This document shows, piece after piece, positions 17,672-27,957 of a stretch of DNA of 64,000 nucleotides (positions are counted from its first letter, which is position 1; each line of letters starts with the position of its first letter). The translations under genes and the position numbers were made by a program. A model generated the notes under the pieces. It had not been told where the DNA came from. It worked only from the letters and a program-made list of their open reading frames with translations, and did not search any database. Origin of the DNA: Escherichia phage skuden; the sequence record MN850585.1; one strand, given 5' to 3'.

Positions 17672-18271
17672 TTATTTTACCCCTTTGGAGTCTACATCTA
17701 GATGGATAGTATATTCTGGTGGCTCTTGTCCTTCTTCATAAACTAACTCACCATCAACAATGACACGCTCAATAATACTTCCACGTTCATCTTTCAGGAC
17801 TGAGTTTTTTACAAGAGTTACAACAAGAGGTGCAGAATTTTCGAAATCTGTATTGAGATAAGTGTAATCATTTGGGATTGCTCCAGTGTCCAGTACTGTA
17901 GCTCCTGTTTCTTCAAGAATTAAATCTCTGACTGAACTCATCTCTAATCGTTGTTTAAGCTCAAGCATAATACTGTGAGCACCTTTACCATTCACCGTAA
18001 TTAGTACAGGAATCTGAAAAGCAATTCTGTAGCAAACTACATCATCCTCAACAAACTTATCAAGAACCCAACCATAAGGTGTTGCAGCATCTTGACAATA
18101 TACGGTAATAAATGGCTGGTCAGGTTTTAAACCTTTGTCATTTGAGTTATCAGAAGGGTAAGCTCTAATTACGTTTGGTCTATTATTTTTATCACGAGCT
18201 AGTCTGTGACCAATAACATCCACTAAGGTTCTAACTAGACCTTTTTCAAGTTCTGCTGTTTCTAACTGCAT
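17672..18271 (-). CDS. neck / tail completion protein (putative)
   Basis: 199-aa ORF between head and tail modules. Confidence 0.4.
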   Translation of the reverse strand: MQLETAELEKGLVRTLVDVIGHRLARDKNNRPNVIRAYPSDNSNDKGLKPDQPFITVYCQDAATPYGWVLDKFVEDDVVCYRIAFQIPVLITVNGKGAHSIMLELKQRLEMSSVRDLILEETGATVLDTGAIPNDYTYLNTDFENSAPLVVTLVKNSVLKDERGSIIERVIVDGELVYEEGQEPPEYTIHLDVDSKGVK

Positions 18272-18647
18272 TCATTTTATCCCTTCTAATAATGATATAT
18301 TCATAATGGGACGTATGGGCTAATTGCTGTGACCAATCCATAGTCATAAATACTTCATACTCATGACCATCAATCATAACAATGTCAGACTCATTCCACT
18401 CTACATCATCTGAAGTTCTAAGCTTATATGTGGTATACAGGATTCTTGTATCAGTAAGTCTAATACCTTCCGGTAAAGCAATCTGTGTACCGTTCTTTAC
18501 AGAACCTTTGATATATGGCTGGATATTACCTTTACAGTTAACCTCTACAATATCTTGTGAAGCTACCCAATCACCATCATCGTTATAATAACCGTCTTCA
18601 GAGACTTTACGCTTTACTACAAAGCTGTGTCTGTTTAAGAGTCTCAT
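18246..18647 (-). CDS. neck / head-tail connector protein (putative)
   Basis: 133-aa ORF, overlaps neighbours. Confidence 0.4.
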   Translation of the reverse strand: MRLLNRHSFVVKRKVSEDGYYNDDGDWVASQDIVEVNCKGNIQPYIKGSVKNGTQIALPEGIRLTDTRILYTTYKLRTSDDVEWNESDIVMIDGHEYEVFMTMDWSQQLAHTSHYEYIIIRRDKMNAVRNSRT

Positions 18648-19126
18648 TTCTTAATACCCTTCTTAGTAGAAATTTTATAAGCAAGGTTATCCCTTAAGTC
18701 ACCTGTCTCAACAAGAGGTGCGTTAAAGCCTTTTTTCTTGACTGTGGAAGGTGCGTTAGGAGGGAGGATAGCAGAATTACCAAAACCTCTTTTAATTGCC
18801 TTTTGAGCATTCTTTGCAAATGCTTCTAAGGTATTTGAAGGGTCTGTGTTGAGACTGCTAAGTTGCTTATATAGATTCTTCTTAGTCTGCTCTAACAAGG
18901 TCTGTTTGTTTAGCATCATAGTGATTTCAAACAACCTACGATATACTTTACCAGAAGCTGAAGGAACCCCAATAACTTCTTGTAAATACATTAAAGCAGG
19001 ATAAGAAAAACCAGAGCTATGTTGACCTTGTTCTTGAAAATACCCAACTTGAGCATTAGCCGTTTGCAAGTTCTTCATAGCCCCGACTAATTTTGCTCTA
19101 GCGGGGTGAATAACCCTTTTAACCAT
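18644..19126 (-). CDS. virion morphogenesis / head completion protein (putative)
   Basis: 160-aa ORF in head-tail joining region. Confidence 0.4.
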   Translation of the reverse strand: MVKRVIHPARAKLVGAMKNLQTANAQVGYFQEQGQHSSGFSYPALMYLQEVIGVPSASGKVYRRLFEITMMLNKQTLLEQTKKNLYKQLSSLNTDPSNTLEAFAKNAQKAIKRGFGNSAILPPNAPSTVKKKGFNAPLVETGDLRDNLAYKISTKKGIKK

Positions 19127-19575
19127 TATTCATCTCGCTCGATAATAAATACGCCATTAACACGGTTGCAGTAATCTCTGCCTTCGTATCTGGCAGCATC
19201 ACCATATTCTGTGTATTTCTTGACAGAGCAAGGATTCTGACGACGCATGTCAATATCACACTGATTAATACCACCTGCATAGGGTAGTCCTGAAACAGAG
19301 CTTTTAACAAGGTCGTCATAAACAGCTTTCAGAGATTTGAATCTGGAAGAGTTACGTAAATAAACACCACCAACCTTCTCATCTCCCATCTTGGCTACTT
19401 GAAAGAGTAAATATTTAAGAGCTTTGATGGCTGCTTTCTTTTCATCCTTTCCAGATTCTAGATAGAACCACTCTAGCACAGACTGTTCAATAAGAATTTC
19501 ATCATTATTGGTGTCTGTGCAGAGGATTCTTACTCTATCAAGAGGGTTATTGGCTGGGTCGCCTGTATAACACAT
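19126..19575 (-). CDS. head-tail connector protein (putative)
   Basis: 149-aa ORF directly downstream of capsid gene. Confidence 0.4.
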   Translation of the reverse strand: MCYTGDPANNPLDRVRILCTDTNNDEILIEQSVLEWFYLESGKDEKKAAIKALKYLLFQVAKMGDEKVGGVYLRNSSRFKSLKAVYDDLVKSSVSGLPYAGGINQCDIDMRRQNPCSVKKYTEYGDAARYEGRDYCNRVNGVFIIERDE

Positions 19576-19596
19576 TCATAACCCTCCTTAAGAATA

Positions 19597-20703
19597 TCAT
19601 TCGCTTTTAGCGTCAGCGCGAACATCTACCAGCAACTGAGGACGAGTACAGTATGGCAGCATGTAAGAGTGAGCTTCGAAGTCAATACCTTCGTCACGGT
19701 CTTTTTCGTATTCGAATACGTACAGTTCCTGACCAAGTGTATTTGCGTAACCCATCTTAGGACATGGACCATATGCAACTTCGAAGATGTTGTTAGCTTC
19801 ACCCAGCATAGCTACGTTAGGGAAAGCATGACCAACACCAACAGTGTCTGCTACGCTGTCAATGCTAACCAGAGTGTGAACCTTACCACGCTTGTCTTTG
19901 AACTTACCGTTGTACTGGACAAACTTAACACCACCGTAGTAGAAAGTATTCATATGAGCCTGAACGCCGTCAGCACCACCAGTTCTCAGAGAACCAGTAA
20001 TCTGTTGCCAAGCCAGTGGAGTTTGCTGTGCAAGATAAGCGTCACGAATCTTAGGATGCTTAACCAGTTTGCTGAAGAATACACGGTCAACAACTACGTG
20101 AATCTCTTCACCGTTGATTACAGTGCCAGTCTTAGCTTCATCTTCCATGTGCATACGCAGTTCTTCAATAGAAGCGTCGATATCAGCATTAGGATTGTCA
20201 AGGTCGAAGTAAATAGTCTTCTTCTCAACGTCGAACTGCTTGTACAGGTCAGCGTACAGAGTACCACGAGCATCAACAACTTTACCCTTCAGAGCTTGCA
20301 TAAACAGGAACTCACGAGTAATATCGAACTTGGTACGAATCTTCATCAGCTTCTTAGCACGTACTACAGCTTCAGTAGTCAGTTCGTTTGCAGTGCCTGG
20401 CTGACGTACACCCTGAATTTCATCAGGAGTGATGCTTTCAACTTCTTTGAAGTACATCATTGGGAAGCTGATTTGACGAACACGCTCAGGTGCGCTAGTC
20501 TCTGCTTTACGGCTATCACGGTCTACCGCATCAAGCAAGCTAACATCCCAATCAGTCAAGTCCATAAGGAAAGTAGTTTGGGTGATTGGTGCTGAACGGA
20601 ACAGACCTAAGTTGGAAATATACCCATAAGTATTTGGGATAGACTGGACTTCACCAGTCAGGTCAGCAAGGAAAAATCTGCTTTTTTCAGAATTAGTCAA
20701 CAT
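19597..20703 (-). CDS. major capsid protein
   Basis: 368 aa; strongly biased codon usage; follows decoration and protease genes in lambda-like head order. Confidence 0.65.
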   Translation of the reverse strand: MLTNSEKSRFFLADLTGEVQSIPNTYGYISNLGLFRSAPITQTTFLMDLTDWDVSLLDAVDRDSRKAETSAPERVRQISFPMMYFKEVESITPDEIQGVRQPGTANELTTEAVVRAKKLMKIRTKFDITREFLFMQALKGKVVDARGTLYADLYKQFDVEKKTIYFDLDNPNADIDASIEELRMHMEDEAKTGTVINGEEIHVVVDRVFFSKLVKHPKIRDAYLAQQTPLAWQQITGSLRTGGADGVQAHMNTFYYGGVKFVQYNGKFKDKRGKVHTLVSIDSVADTVGVGHAFPNVAMLGEANNIFEVAYGPCPKMGYANTLGQELYVFEYEKDRDEGIDFEAHSYMLPYCTRPQLLVDVRADAKSE

Positions 20704-20736
20704 TGTAAAATTCTCCAGAATGTCTTATTATTGTTA

Positions 20737-21114
20737 TTACAGGCCAGTTGGTACGAAATCAATACCTTTAGCAGCCAGAGCTTTCTTGACTTCAGTAGCA
20801 TCAACGCTTGATTCAAGAGTTAGCAGGTCTTTCAGTTCTGCATCACGGTGGATACCTACTACTTTCAACTGACCATGATAAGACAGTTGCAGGTCTGCGT
20901 AGAAATTAACGATACATACAGAGTCTGCTTGGGCTTCTTCTCCAGCTTGTACCTTAGTACCATCTGCTTTCAGAACTTCACCTACACGATACTCTGTAGA
21001 TGCCTGTGGAGTGTACTCTTTACGAGAGTGGCCTGTTGGGGTAATCTGTTCCCAAAGAATGATATCATTCAGAGGTTCTCTGTTACCTAACTTAGTAAAA
21101 CCTTGATATGCCAT
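20737..21114 (-). CDS. head decoration protein (putative)
   Basis: 125-aa ORF between protease/scaffold and capsid genes. Confidence 0.5.
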   Translation of the reverse strand: MAYQGFTKLGNREPLNDIILWEQITPTGHSRKEYTPQASTEYRVGEVLKADGTKVQAGEEAQADSVCIVNFYADLQLSYHGQLKVVGIHRDAELKDLLTLESSVDATEVKKALAAKGIDFVPTGL

Positions 21115-21125
21115 TATTTTGTTCC

Positions 21126-22472
21126 TTATTTGATAAGAGATTTTAGAGCATTCTGGAGAGCCAGTTTGCGTTGTTCAGCGGTGTCTTCGGAAGCATTCTT
21201 AGCTGGTTCTTTTTCTTCTTCAACCAAATCAGCTTCGCCGTCATTACCCATTTCTTCCATAGCATTAGAATGTTCAAGAACAGCACCAGCAGTTTCTTTC
21301 AGCTTGGTAATTTCTGATTCTTTTTCTTCCATTGCAGAAGCATGGGACGCGATAGTTTCATTAAGTTTCTGGTTAGCACCTTCCATAGCATTCATAAACA
21401 GAACACTCAGAGGGTTGTCAAGACCAGCACCTAAAATAGTCGTTGCAGCTTCTTTTGCATCAAATCCAAAAGCTTCAGCAGAAGCAGAAATCTTATTAGT
21501 CAAATCTGACAAAGCAGCTTCCTGTTCTTTAGCTTTCATTTGAGCAACCTGAAGACGCAAAGCTTCTAGTTCTTGCTTTTCTTGTTCAGTCATTTCTTCA
21601 CCTGAATTGTTAACGTTTAAACTTACAGGAGCCTCTTCAGAACCTTGTAAGTAATTTAAGAAATCATCTTGAGACATGATTGAGTTAATTAAACCAAGTT
21701 CAAGAGCTTCCTGAGCAGAATAAACATTCGCCTCAGTATTCTTTACAGCTTCTTCAGAGAGTTTACGAGATTCAGCTACAAAACCTGTAAAGGTTGCGTA
21801 GGTATCATTAATTCTCTTTTGAAGTCTTTCTTTGCTTTCTTCTGAGAGTGCTTGGAATGGTGAACCCATACCTTTAAACTCACCAGCTTTGATGACGTTA
21901 ATTGTTACGCCATTCTTTTCAAATGCTTTAGTTAATTCCTGATGAACCATAATTACACCAATAGAACCAACATCTGCATCTGGTGATGCAATAATTTCTT
22001 CAGCAGAAGATGCAAGAGCGTATGCAGCGGAACAAGCGAACTCATCTACATAAGCAATAATTTTCTTTTGGCCTCTTGAAGCCATAATGTGACGTGCTAA
22101 TTCAAAGCAACCTGAAGCTTCACCACCACCAGAATCGATATGCAGAACAATAGTCTTGATTGACTCATCTGCTAAAGCTTCGTCAAAGCCTCTGCGCAAA
22201 CCTTCATAAGAGCTTAATCCACCTGTACACATTGCATCAATGAATGTCATACGATGGGTTAAACCACCCATAATAGGGATAATAGCAATGTCATCTTTTA
22301 CTTTTAAAAGACTTCTTGCTTCACCTTTGGGTTTATCAAAGTTTACTGCTGCTTGGACATCACCCAGCAATCTGTTATTCACATAAGTTGCTGCTGAGTG
22401 AGCTAATGATTCAGTGGCTAGTAAAGGTTGGTTGAATAATCTATCAGCAAGTCTGAAGATATTCGAACTCAT
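21126..22472 (-). CDS. prohead protease (S49/SppA family) with C-terminal scaffold-like region
   Basis: 448 aa; S49-like core (IVLHIDSGGGEASG...SAAYALAS...GSIGV), then Glu/Ala/Lys-rich coiled-coil tail. Confidence 0.7.
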   Translation of the reverse strand: MSSNIFRLADRLFNQPLLATESLAHSAATYVNNRLLGDVQAAVNFDKPKGEARSLLKVKDDIAIIPIMGGLTHRMTFIDAMCTGGLSSYEGLRRGFDEALADESIKTIVLHIDSGGGEASGCFELARHIMASRGQKKIIAYVDEFACSAAYALASSAEEIIASPDADVGSIGVIMVHQELTKAFEKNGVTINVIKAGEFKGMGSPFQALSEESKERLQKRINDTYATFTGFVAESRKLSEEAVKNTEANVYSAQEALELGLINSIMSQDDFLNYLQGSEEAPVSLNVNNSGEEMTEQEKQELEALRLQVAQMKAKEQEAALSDLTNKISASAEAFGFDAKEAATTILGAGLDNPLSVLFMNAMEGANQKLNETIASHASAMEEKESEITKLKETAGAVLEHSNAMEEMGNDGEADLVEEEKEPAKNASEDTAEQRKLALQNALKSLIK

Positions 22473-22483
22473 TTTTACTCACC

Positions 22484-22816
22484 CTATTTGTTTAAATCTA
22501 CAGAGACTGAAGAGATAACATAGATACCTTCTTCAGCAAAGAATTGAGGTTTGCTAAGAGCACCAGTTGCCACGCATTTATCGTTAGCATCCCACAAGCT
22601 ATAGTGTGAGACCGTTGCAGAAGCTGGAACAGTAATATTAACTGTATCTTCTGAGGCAATTAAGCCATTATCCGGTTCAGAAAAATAAATAGCCACTGGC
22701 TGAGTAACCTTATTTGCTGTAGGGTCTGCCGTTGGGTCTACATTGTGTAAAATAATAGTCGTTGGGGTTAGCGTGGCGAGGATTTTATTCTTACCATCAA
22801 TAGTTAATGTTCCCAT
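22484..22816 (-). CDS. hypothetical head-module protein
   Basis: 110-aa ORF. Confidence 0.4.
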   Translation of the reverse strand: MGTLTIDGKNKILATLTPTTIILHNVDPTADPTANKVTQPVAIYFSEPDNGLIASEDTVNITVPASATVSHYSLWDANDKCVATGALSKPQFFAEEGIYVISSVSVDLNK

Positions 22817-23316
22817 TAATTAAACCTTACTTTTTGTTTAAGGACTGTTGAATGGTTACCAGATTCATCTACCACATTTACAATCATATCATATACTTTG
22901 CCTTTGACAAGTACTTTGTAATCATTTTGTGAAAAAATGTATTCAAGTCTGTTTGTTTCTTTATTAACTGTCATTGGAGATTGAAATGCAGTGTCGAGGG
23001 TAATGAAAGCGGCTTCAATGCTATTAACATTGATACGTTTATTCTCGCAGTTATATAACTTTACACCCAAAAGGCATGAACTGTCAAATGGAATTTTAAC
23101 AATTTCACTACAATTTCCTGAAATAAACGGTTTTCCACTCATTGGTGCATCAAGTAACCTGCAAATAGTGAAAACGTCAGAGGTTCCACCATCACTTACA
23201 TAACCTGAAAGGCTGACCCTTGAGCCAGCCTCTACAGATAATTTGTCAGTGATAATAAGAACACCTCTATACGAATGCACTCGTGTAGCATTTGAAATAG
23301 AGATAACTTCAGCCAT
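22816..23316 (-). CDS. hypothetical head-module protein
   Basis: 166-aa ORF. Confidence 0.4.
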   Translation of the reverse strand: MAEVISISNATRVHSYRGVLIITDKLSVEAGSRVSLSGYVSDGGTSDVFTICRLLDAPMSGKPFISGNCSEIVKIPFDSSCLLGVKLYNCENKRINVNSIEAAFITLDTAFQSPMTVNKETNRLEYIFSQNDYKVLVKGKVYDMIVNVVDESGNHSTVLKQKVRFN

Positions 23317-24791
23317 TATTTATTTGCCTTATTTGCTGTGCTTGGGTCTTTCGCTGAAGGTGTCTTTGCAGTACCTTCTCCAGCGGTCTTATAACCATCT
23401 CCTGAACGGCTTTGACTATTTGGAGAAAGCTTTTCAGATACTGGCTGAGACTCATCAGCAGGAGGAAGACCAATATGCTCTCTAAGCTTGTTAGATAGCT
23501 CTTTGTCAACTTCCAAAGCACCTACTGCAACAGTCTTCTGGATATAAGAACCAATTGCTTCAAGGTCTGGAGTTTCGATATCATCATATGTGATTTGTAC
23601 ATGTTCTTCATCATCCCACATATTAAGAGCATAAGTCTGTGCAACTAAATCACGGTTAATTACGTTCTTAATTTGCTTCAGCAGAATATCCACTGACATT
23701 GCTAGTAAGCTTGTCTTAGAATCTGCAAGAGAGAATGAACCATATTTTGACTGACCCATAGCAAGAACATCTGACATAAATGCCATCATAATCTGCTTGG
23801 AATATCTGTCAATAATAGAACCTGTATCGTATGCTTTAGCACCCTGTCTAGAAACTAATGAGAACTCAAAAATATCCTCTTTAGTATCTGGGTCGATATA
23901 TCTAGGCCAGATTAAACCTGCTCTATCATTAGCAATCATATCGTTAACAACAGTTTTGCAGTATTGTACGAAAGCTTTCTTTTCAGGTTCTGCATTTTCA
24001 TCCAGATAATCTGGTGGTAAACCAATCTTTGGCATACCTACCAAGTCTCTTGAAACGCCAACAGCTTCGTACTCTTCAATCTGAACTTTATACTTCCACG
24101 GTACATAGGCATTAAGTAATGGTGAACGACCTTCTGGGTTTCCATACTCATCGTCATACTTAAACAGCATGAATTTAGCTCGTGGGAGTTTTCTTGTTAG
24201 TGGTCTTTCTCCGAGATTAATTGCTCCAGCAATATGTGAAACATTTCTCAGATTCTGTCTAACACCAGTAACTTTTCTAAAGTCTTCGTCAAAATACCAC
24301 TTATCAAGTGTTGATTGGTTTCTGATTGGTAATTTAGCCCATCCAATTAGACCATCATCAAATTTAGACTGGTACTTTCCTTTTTTACCCTGTCGCTTCT
24401 TATAAACTTTCTCATTAACACAGAACCCATAAGTGCAGAATGACATTACAGAATTAATAAAATCTGCCCAATCATGCTCCATGTCATCCATTAAAGAATT
24501 AAAGAAGTCTGCTCTTTCAAGCATTTTAGGGTCTTGCTCTTTTCCCTTTGGAGGTACGAATCTCCAGTTGACTTTTCTGACAAACATCTTAATAATATTT
24601 ACAGATGCTGCTACAGCAGGGTCACGCATCATTAATTGGAAAGTTTTAATACTTTCAGGGAACCTTAGTGCCTGACGAGGTTCTTCATAGATTCTTCCAT
24701 TCTTAACCTTCAGACCCAAAGAACCTACTTCACCCATTCTAAATGGTGGTAAGCTTTCTTGTGTTTCTGTAATATCTGCCATTCTTCTCAC
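23316..24791 (-). CDS. portal protein
   Basis: 491 aa, directly downstream of large terminase. Confidence 0.6.
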   Translation of the reverse strand: MRRMADITETQESLPPFRMGEVGSLGLKVKNGRIYEEPRQALRFPESIKTFQLMMRDPAVAASVNIIKMFVRKVNWRFVPPKGKEQDPKMLERADFFNSLMDDMEHDWADFINSVMSFCTYGFCVNEKVYKKRQGKKGKYQSKFDDGLIGWAKLPIRNQSTLDKWYFDEDFRKVTGVRQNLRNVSHIAGAINLGERPLTRKLPRAKFMLFKYDDEYGNPEGRSPLLNAYVPWKYKVQIEEYEAVGVSRDLVGMPKIGLPPDYLDENAEPEKKAFVQYCKTVVNDMIANDRAGLIWPRYIDPDTKEDIFEFSLVSRQGAKAYDTGSIIDRYSKQIMMAFMSDVLAMGQSKYGSFSLADSKTSLLAMSVDILLKQIKNVINRDLVAQTYALNMWDDEEHVQITYDDIETPDLEAIGSYIQKTVAVGALEVDKELSNKLREHIGLPPADESQPVSEKLSPNSQSRSGDGYKTAGEGTAKTPSAKDPSTANKANK

Positions 24792-24798
24792 CTAGCTA

Positions 24799-26415
24799 TC
24801 AACGTCTAAGCCCCTCATATGGGTTTCCTCTCACTAAGTCTGTGTGAGCACCCATTGATGGTGGCTTGAATAATTTAACTTCGTTAAGACTGTTGAAAGC
24901 ATCACTGGTAGCATCCACTTGGTCATCTTTAGTTTTGCCATCACCACAAAAGCCTTCAAGCTCTTGGAAATAAGCTTCGTTCCAACTACCTCTCAAAACT
25001 TTTACAAGTCCAGCTTCAGAAGCAGCAGAAAATCCCGCAAAGCGGGTAACTTTATCTTTATTTGTTGGCTTAGCTCTTGCACGATAGCCTTTCTCGGCAA
25101 GTTTCCTGATGAGGGATGTTGCGTAGGATTTACCAGCAGCGCCTGGGTCTTGAGGGATAAAAATACCAGTTCGCTTACCGTCACTTTCAGCAGTCAAATT
25201 AATTTGTGTTTCGACTCCAGAGGGTCTATCTCTAAATCTTACTACATCAATGATATAATAGCAACCGTCTTTTTTAGATTTACCCATCTTAACACCTGCT
25301 GTCCAGTCTGGATTAGGGTTAACCTCAGATGGTAAAGTTGCTGCTAAGTCCCATGCTCTAACATCAAATACATCCTCTGGGAGTGAATCAACAATTTCAC
25401 ACCATTGTCTTTGCCAATAGTTTGAACCTTCTGCACGAGCCTTCCAGTTACCAAAACGAAGTCTTGCAACGTTTACAGGGGTGTTGTTTTCCAACTTACC
25501 ACGGTACTTAGGTTCTAAGAAGTCAAGGATTGGGTTATCATCAATCGTACCAGAGATGAAGGTGTATGTTTGAGGAATCTCAAGAGGGAACATTTCAAGA
25601 ATCTTGTCTCTCTCCCAATCAGAAACCATCACACCATCATTCATTACATACCAACGAATACGACCACACTTTTCAGGGTCTGGATAACCTTCTTCATCTA
25701 AGAATGGTTCTACCCAATCATAAATAAAGTGGTCTCTGTCTGGGTTCATGGAAATCTTCATGTATGAATCACCTTCAGCACCAGAACGAAGACGTGTTTG
25801 TAGGTATGAAATCTGTGAAGCAGAGAAGTGTGTACCTTCGTCAAAGTAAATAGCTGAGTATTCAATACCCTGATGACCTTCAGCGTGCTTTTCAAGTTCT
25901 AGATAGGTAAACTTGATAGTCGCCCCAGAAGGGAATGTGATAGTCATTTTCTGCTCGTGAGGAATCCCACCAAACTTACCAAATAGTTTCTTTGCAGCAG
26001 GCCATAAACCACCTTGTAGCTGTGTTGTGTTTCGACGGAAATACACAGCGTTATAGTTAGGGTCTTCAATAAATCTTAAAGAGTCCATTAATAATGCAGC
26101 AGTCTTACCAGCACCAGCAGCACCACCATAGAGAACCAAGTCAGCATTAGTATTTAAAAAGACCTCTTGAGAACCCGGCTGAGGGGCTACATAGTTCTTA
26201 TCAGTCATCAATTTGAAGATAAGTCTAACTTGGTCTGGTGTGTATCTTAATAAAGTCAGAATTTGAGTTGGAAGGAATTTAGAGGGGTCTTTACCGAATG
26301 ATTTGATAATTTCTTTTACTTCATCAGAAAGCCCCAACTCTCCAGCTAGGACTTTCCTAACATCTTCCACTCGCTTCTGCTTAACAGCATTTAAGTCCAT
26401 TAAGCACCTCCGCAA
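24799..26415 (-). CDS. terL: terminase large subunit
   Basis: 538 aa; Walker A LYGGAAGAGKT; C-terminal nuclease-like acidic motifs. Confidence 0.85.
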   Translation of the reverse strand: MRRCLMDLNAVKQKRVEDVRKVLAGELGLSDEVKEIIKSFGKDPSKFLPTQILTLLRYTPDQVRLIFKLMTDKNYVAPQPGSQEVFLNTNADLVLYGGAAGAGKTAALLMDSLRFIEDPNYNAVYFRRNTTQLQGGLWPAAKKLFGKFGGIPHEQKMTITFPSGATIKFTYLELEKHAEGHQGIEYSAIYFDEGTHFSASQISYLQTRLRSGAEGDSYMKISMNPDRDHFIYDWVEPFLDEEGYPDPEKCGRIRWYVMNDGVMVSDWERDKILEMFPLEIPQTYTFISGTIDDNPILDFLEPKYRGKLENNTPVNVARLRFGNWKARAEGSNYWQRQWCEIVDSLPEDVFDVRAWDLAATLPSEVNPNPDWTAGVKMGKSKKDGCYYIIDVVRFRDRPSGVETQINLTAESDGKRTGIFIPQDPGAAGKSYATSLIRKLAEKGYRARAKPTNKDKVTRFAGFSAASEAGLVKVLRGSWNEAYFQELEGFCGDGKTKDDQVDATSDAFNSLNEVKLFKPPSMGAHTDLVRGNPYEGLRR

Positions 26416-26421
26416 ATAGAA

Positions 26422-26622
26422 TTATTCAGAGTCTGTAGCAGTCTCTTCTTTCTTAACTTCGAACTTTGCATCAACAGCATCAAGAAGTGCATCCATAGAT
26501 GCTTCTTTGATATCAATACCTGTTGCTACAGATAATCTGTCTGCAATTGCCATGATAGTGTTCTGCATAAATTCTAGCTTTTTATTAGCTTCATAAAGTT
26601 CTTTATAAACGGTCTCACTCAT
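26422..26622 (-). CDS. small protein upstream of terL (possible small terminase/accessory)
   Basis: 66-aa ORF with RBS GGAGAAAAC; function not determinable. Confidence 0.35.
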   Translation of the reverse strand: MSETVYKELYEANKKLEFMQNTIMAIADRLSVATGIDIKEASMDALLDAVDAKFEVKKEETATDSE

Positions 26623-26658
26623 TATGTTTTCTCCAAATAATTAATCTTGTTTCTCCTT

Positions 26659-26682
26659 AAAAAAGACGGCACAGAGACCGTC
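26659..26682 (-). terminator. rho-independent terminator
   Basis: minus-strand RNA GACGG-loop-CCGTC followed by TTTTTT; nested inside a second inverted repeat GTTTCTCCTT/AAGGAGAAAC. Confidence 0.55.
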
Positions 26683-26844
26683 AAGGAGAAACCACAATGT
26701 ACGTCAGAGACATACTGTATAAGTCTTCCTATAAAGTATAACTCTGTAAAAAAGCCCTGTCTAAAAATACTCTTCGGTAGCGAAAGGAAGAATACTTATA
26801 GCAGGGCATTATTATTATTTTAATTGAGAGAGAGTAAAATAAAT

Positions 26845-26920
26845 TGGAGAATCCGAAGGGACTCGAACCCTTATAAACCTGTTTTGCAGACAGGCACATA
26901 GCCATTTCTGTCACGGATTC
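26845..26920 (-). tRNA. tRNA-Cys (anticodon GCA)
   Basis: hand-folded cloverleaf; T-loop TTCGAGT; 7-bp acceptor; loop CTGCAAA; CCA encoded. Confidence 0.65.
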
Positions 26921-26924
26921 AAAT

Positions 26925-27017
26925 TGGAGGAAGATACCAGACTTGAACTGGTACACCGATTTCTCAGCTACTGGCAGTTTAGCAAACTGCTCCCTTACCT
27001 TTTAGGGTTAATCTTCC
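26925..27017 (-). tRNA. tRNA-Ser (anticodon GCT), class II
   Basis: 93 nt; acceptor GGAAGAT/ATCTTCC; T-loop TTCAAGT; anticodon loop TTGCTAA; long variable arm. Confidence 0.6.
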
Positions 27018-27018
27018 A

Positions 27019-27756
27019 TTATTTCTGTAATGCGCTCTTCATTTCTGGTGTTGCAATAGTGTCGATTACACCAGTTTTACAAGCATCATCAAACCAGTCT
27101 GGTAAGATACCTGCTAAGAACCCATTGATATTCGTTTTAAGGTACTCTGCAATAAGGGCAGCTTCTTCTTCAATCATCTGCACAACTTCATCTGCATAAG
27201 CTGTAATCTTTGAGATACCTTCATTAATCTTACTAACAGCCTGATTAGCTAAATCAGAAACAGTATCAAGACCCTTATCAATAGCGTCTTGTAAGTCACT
27301 TAACACACTGTTAACACTGTCTAGTGTGCTGTTAATCATGTCAATAGCTTTTTGACCATACTCTGTAGCAACACCCATAATACCACTGAATGGTGTACAA
27401 CCAACTTGTTCTCCTGCTGCACCCATAACATTGGAATATCCCTTTGCTACCTGCATACGTGATGAAAACTCATCAATAGACTTTTGACCATAGTCTGTTA
27501 GGGTCTTAGTGGTTGCTGTAGTGCTTGTCAGGCTTGTTGTAAAGCTGTTTAGAAGGACTGTTGTAAGTCCAGCAGCAACAAGCTTCTCCTTCATTGTAGG
27601 GTCTGTTACAGAGCTAATAGAGCTTACAAGTGATGTAGAGGCAGCTACGGTTCCACCGAGAACTGCTGCACCAGTAATAAGTGGGTTAGAAAACCCTTTA
27701 CCGGTTTTTAAGAGATTAAAAATCTCCTTACCTTGTTCTGTCATCTCTTTCATTAA
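27019..27756 (-). CDS. hypothetical protein (Ser/Thr-rich) inside tRNA cluster
   Basis: track ORF 27019..27969 has an N-terminal extension overlapping tRNAs; likely start at MKEMTEQ (27756). Confidence 0.4.
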   Translation of the reverse strand, partial: LMKEMTEQGKEIFNLLKTGKGFSNPLITGAAVLGGTVAASTSLVSSISSVTDPTMKEKLVAAGLTTVLLNSFTTSLTSTTATTKTLTDYGQKSIDEFSSRMQVAKGYSNVMGAAGEQVGCTPFSGIMGVATEYGQKAIDMINSTLDSVNSVLSDLQDAIDKGLDTVSDLANQAVSKINEGISKITAYADEVVQMIEEEAALIAEYLKTNINGFLAGILPDWFDDACKTGVIDTIATPEMKSALQK

Positions 27757-27769
27757 GCACCTTTGAAAT

Positions 27770-27845
27770 TGGTAGTCCAGTGGGATTTGAACCCTCTTCT
27801 CATGTTTTTCAGACACGCGCTTTACCATATAAGCTACTTGGACTA
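27770..27845 (-). tRNA. tRNA-Phe (anticodon GAA)
   Basis: perfect 7-bp acceptor TAGTCCA/TGGACTA; T-loop TTCAAAT; anticodon loop CTGAAAA. Confidence 0.6.
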
Positions 27846-27850
27846 TAAAT

Positions 27851-27926
27851 TGGGGTGACCTACGGGATTTGAACCCGTATAGACCATGTTCACAGCATGG
27901 GTCATTACCATTTATGATAAGGCCAC
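27851..27926 (-). tRNA. tRNA-His (anticodon GTG)
   Basis: T-arm ACGGG-TTCAAAT-CCCGT; anticodon stem CCATG/CATGG with loop CTGTGAA. Confidence 0.65.
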
Positions 27927-27957
27927 ATTTAAGGACTCTCGTAAGAACCCTTAGAAG

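Noticed and set aside
19669-20595. 308-aa plus-strand ORF
   Set aside because: Lies entirely antisense to the major capsid gene (19597..20703), which has strong codon bias and context; the antisense ORF is low-complexity (Ser/Val/Leu-rich) and typical of a spurious open frame in AT-rich DNA.
26924-27199. Plus-strand ORFs within the tRNA region (26924..27199, 30239..30544, 30630..30860, 31345..31596 and others)
   Set aside because: They run across minus-strand tRNA genes; their open frames come from tRNA sequence and they lack RBS and coding bias.
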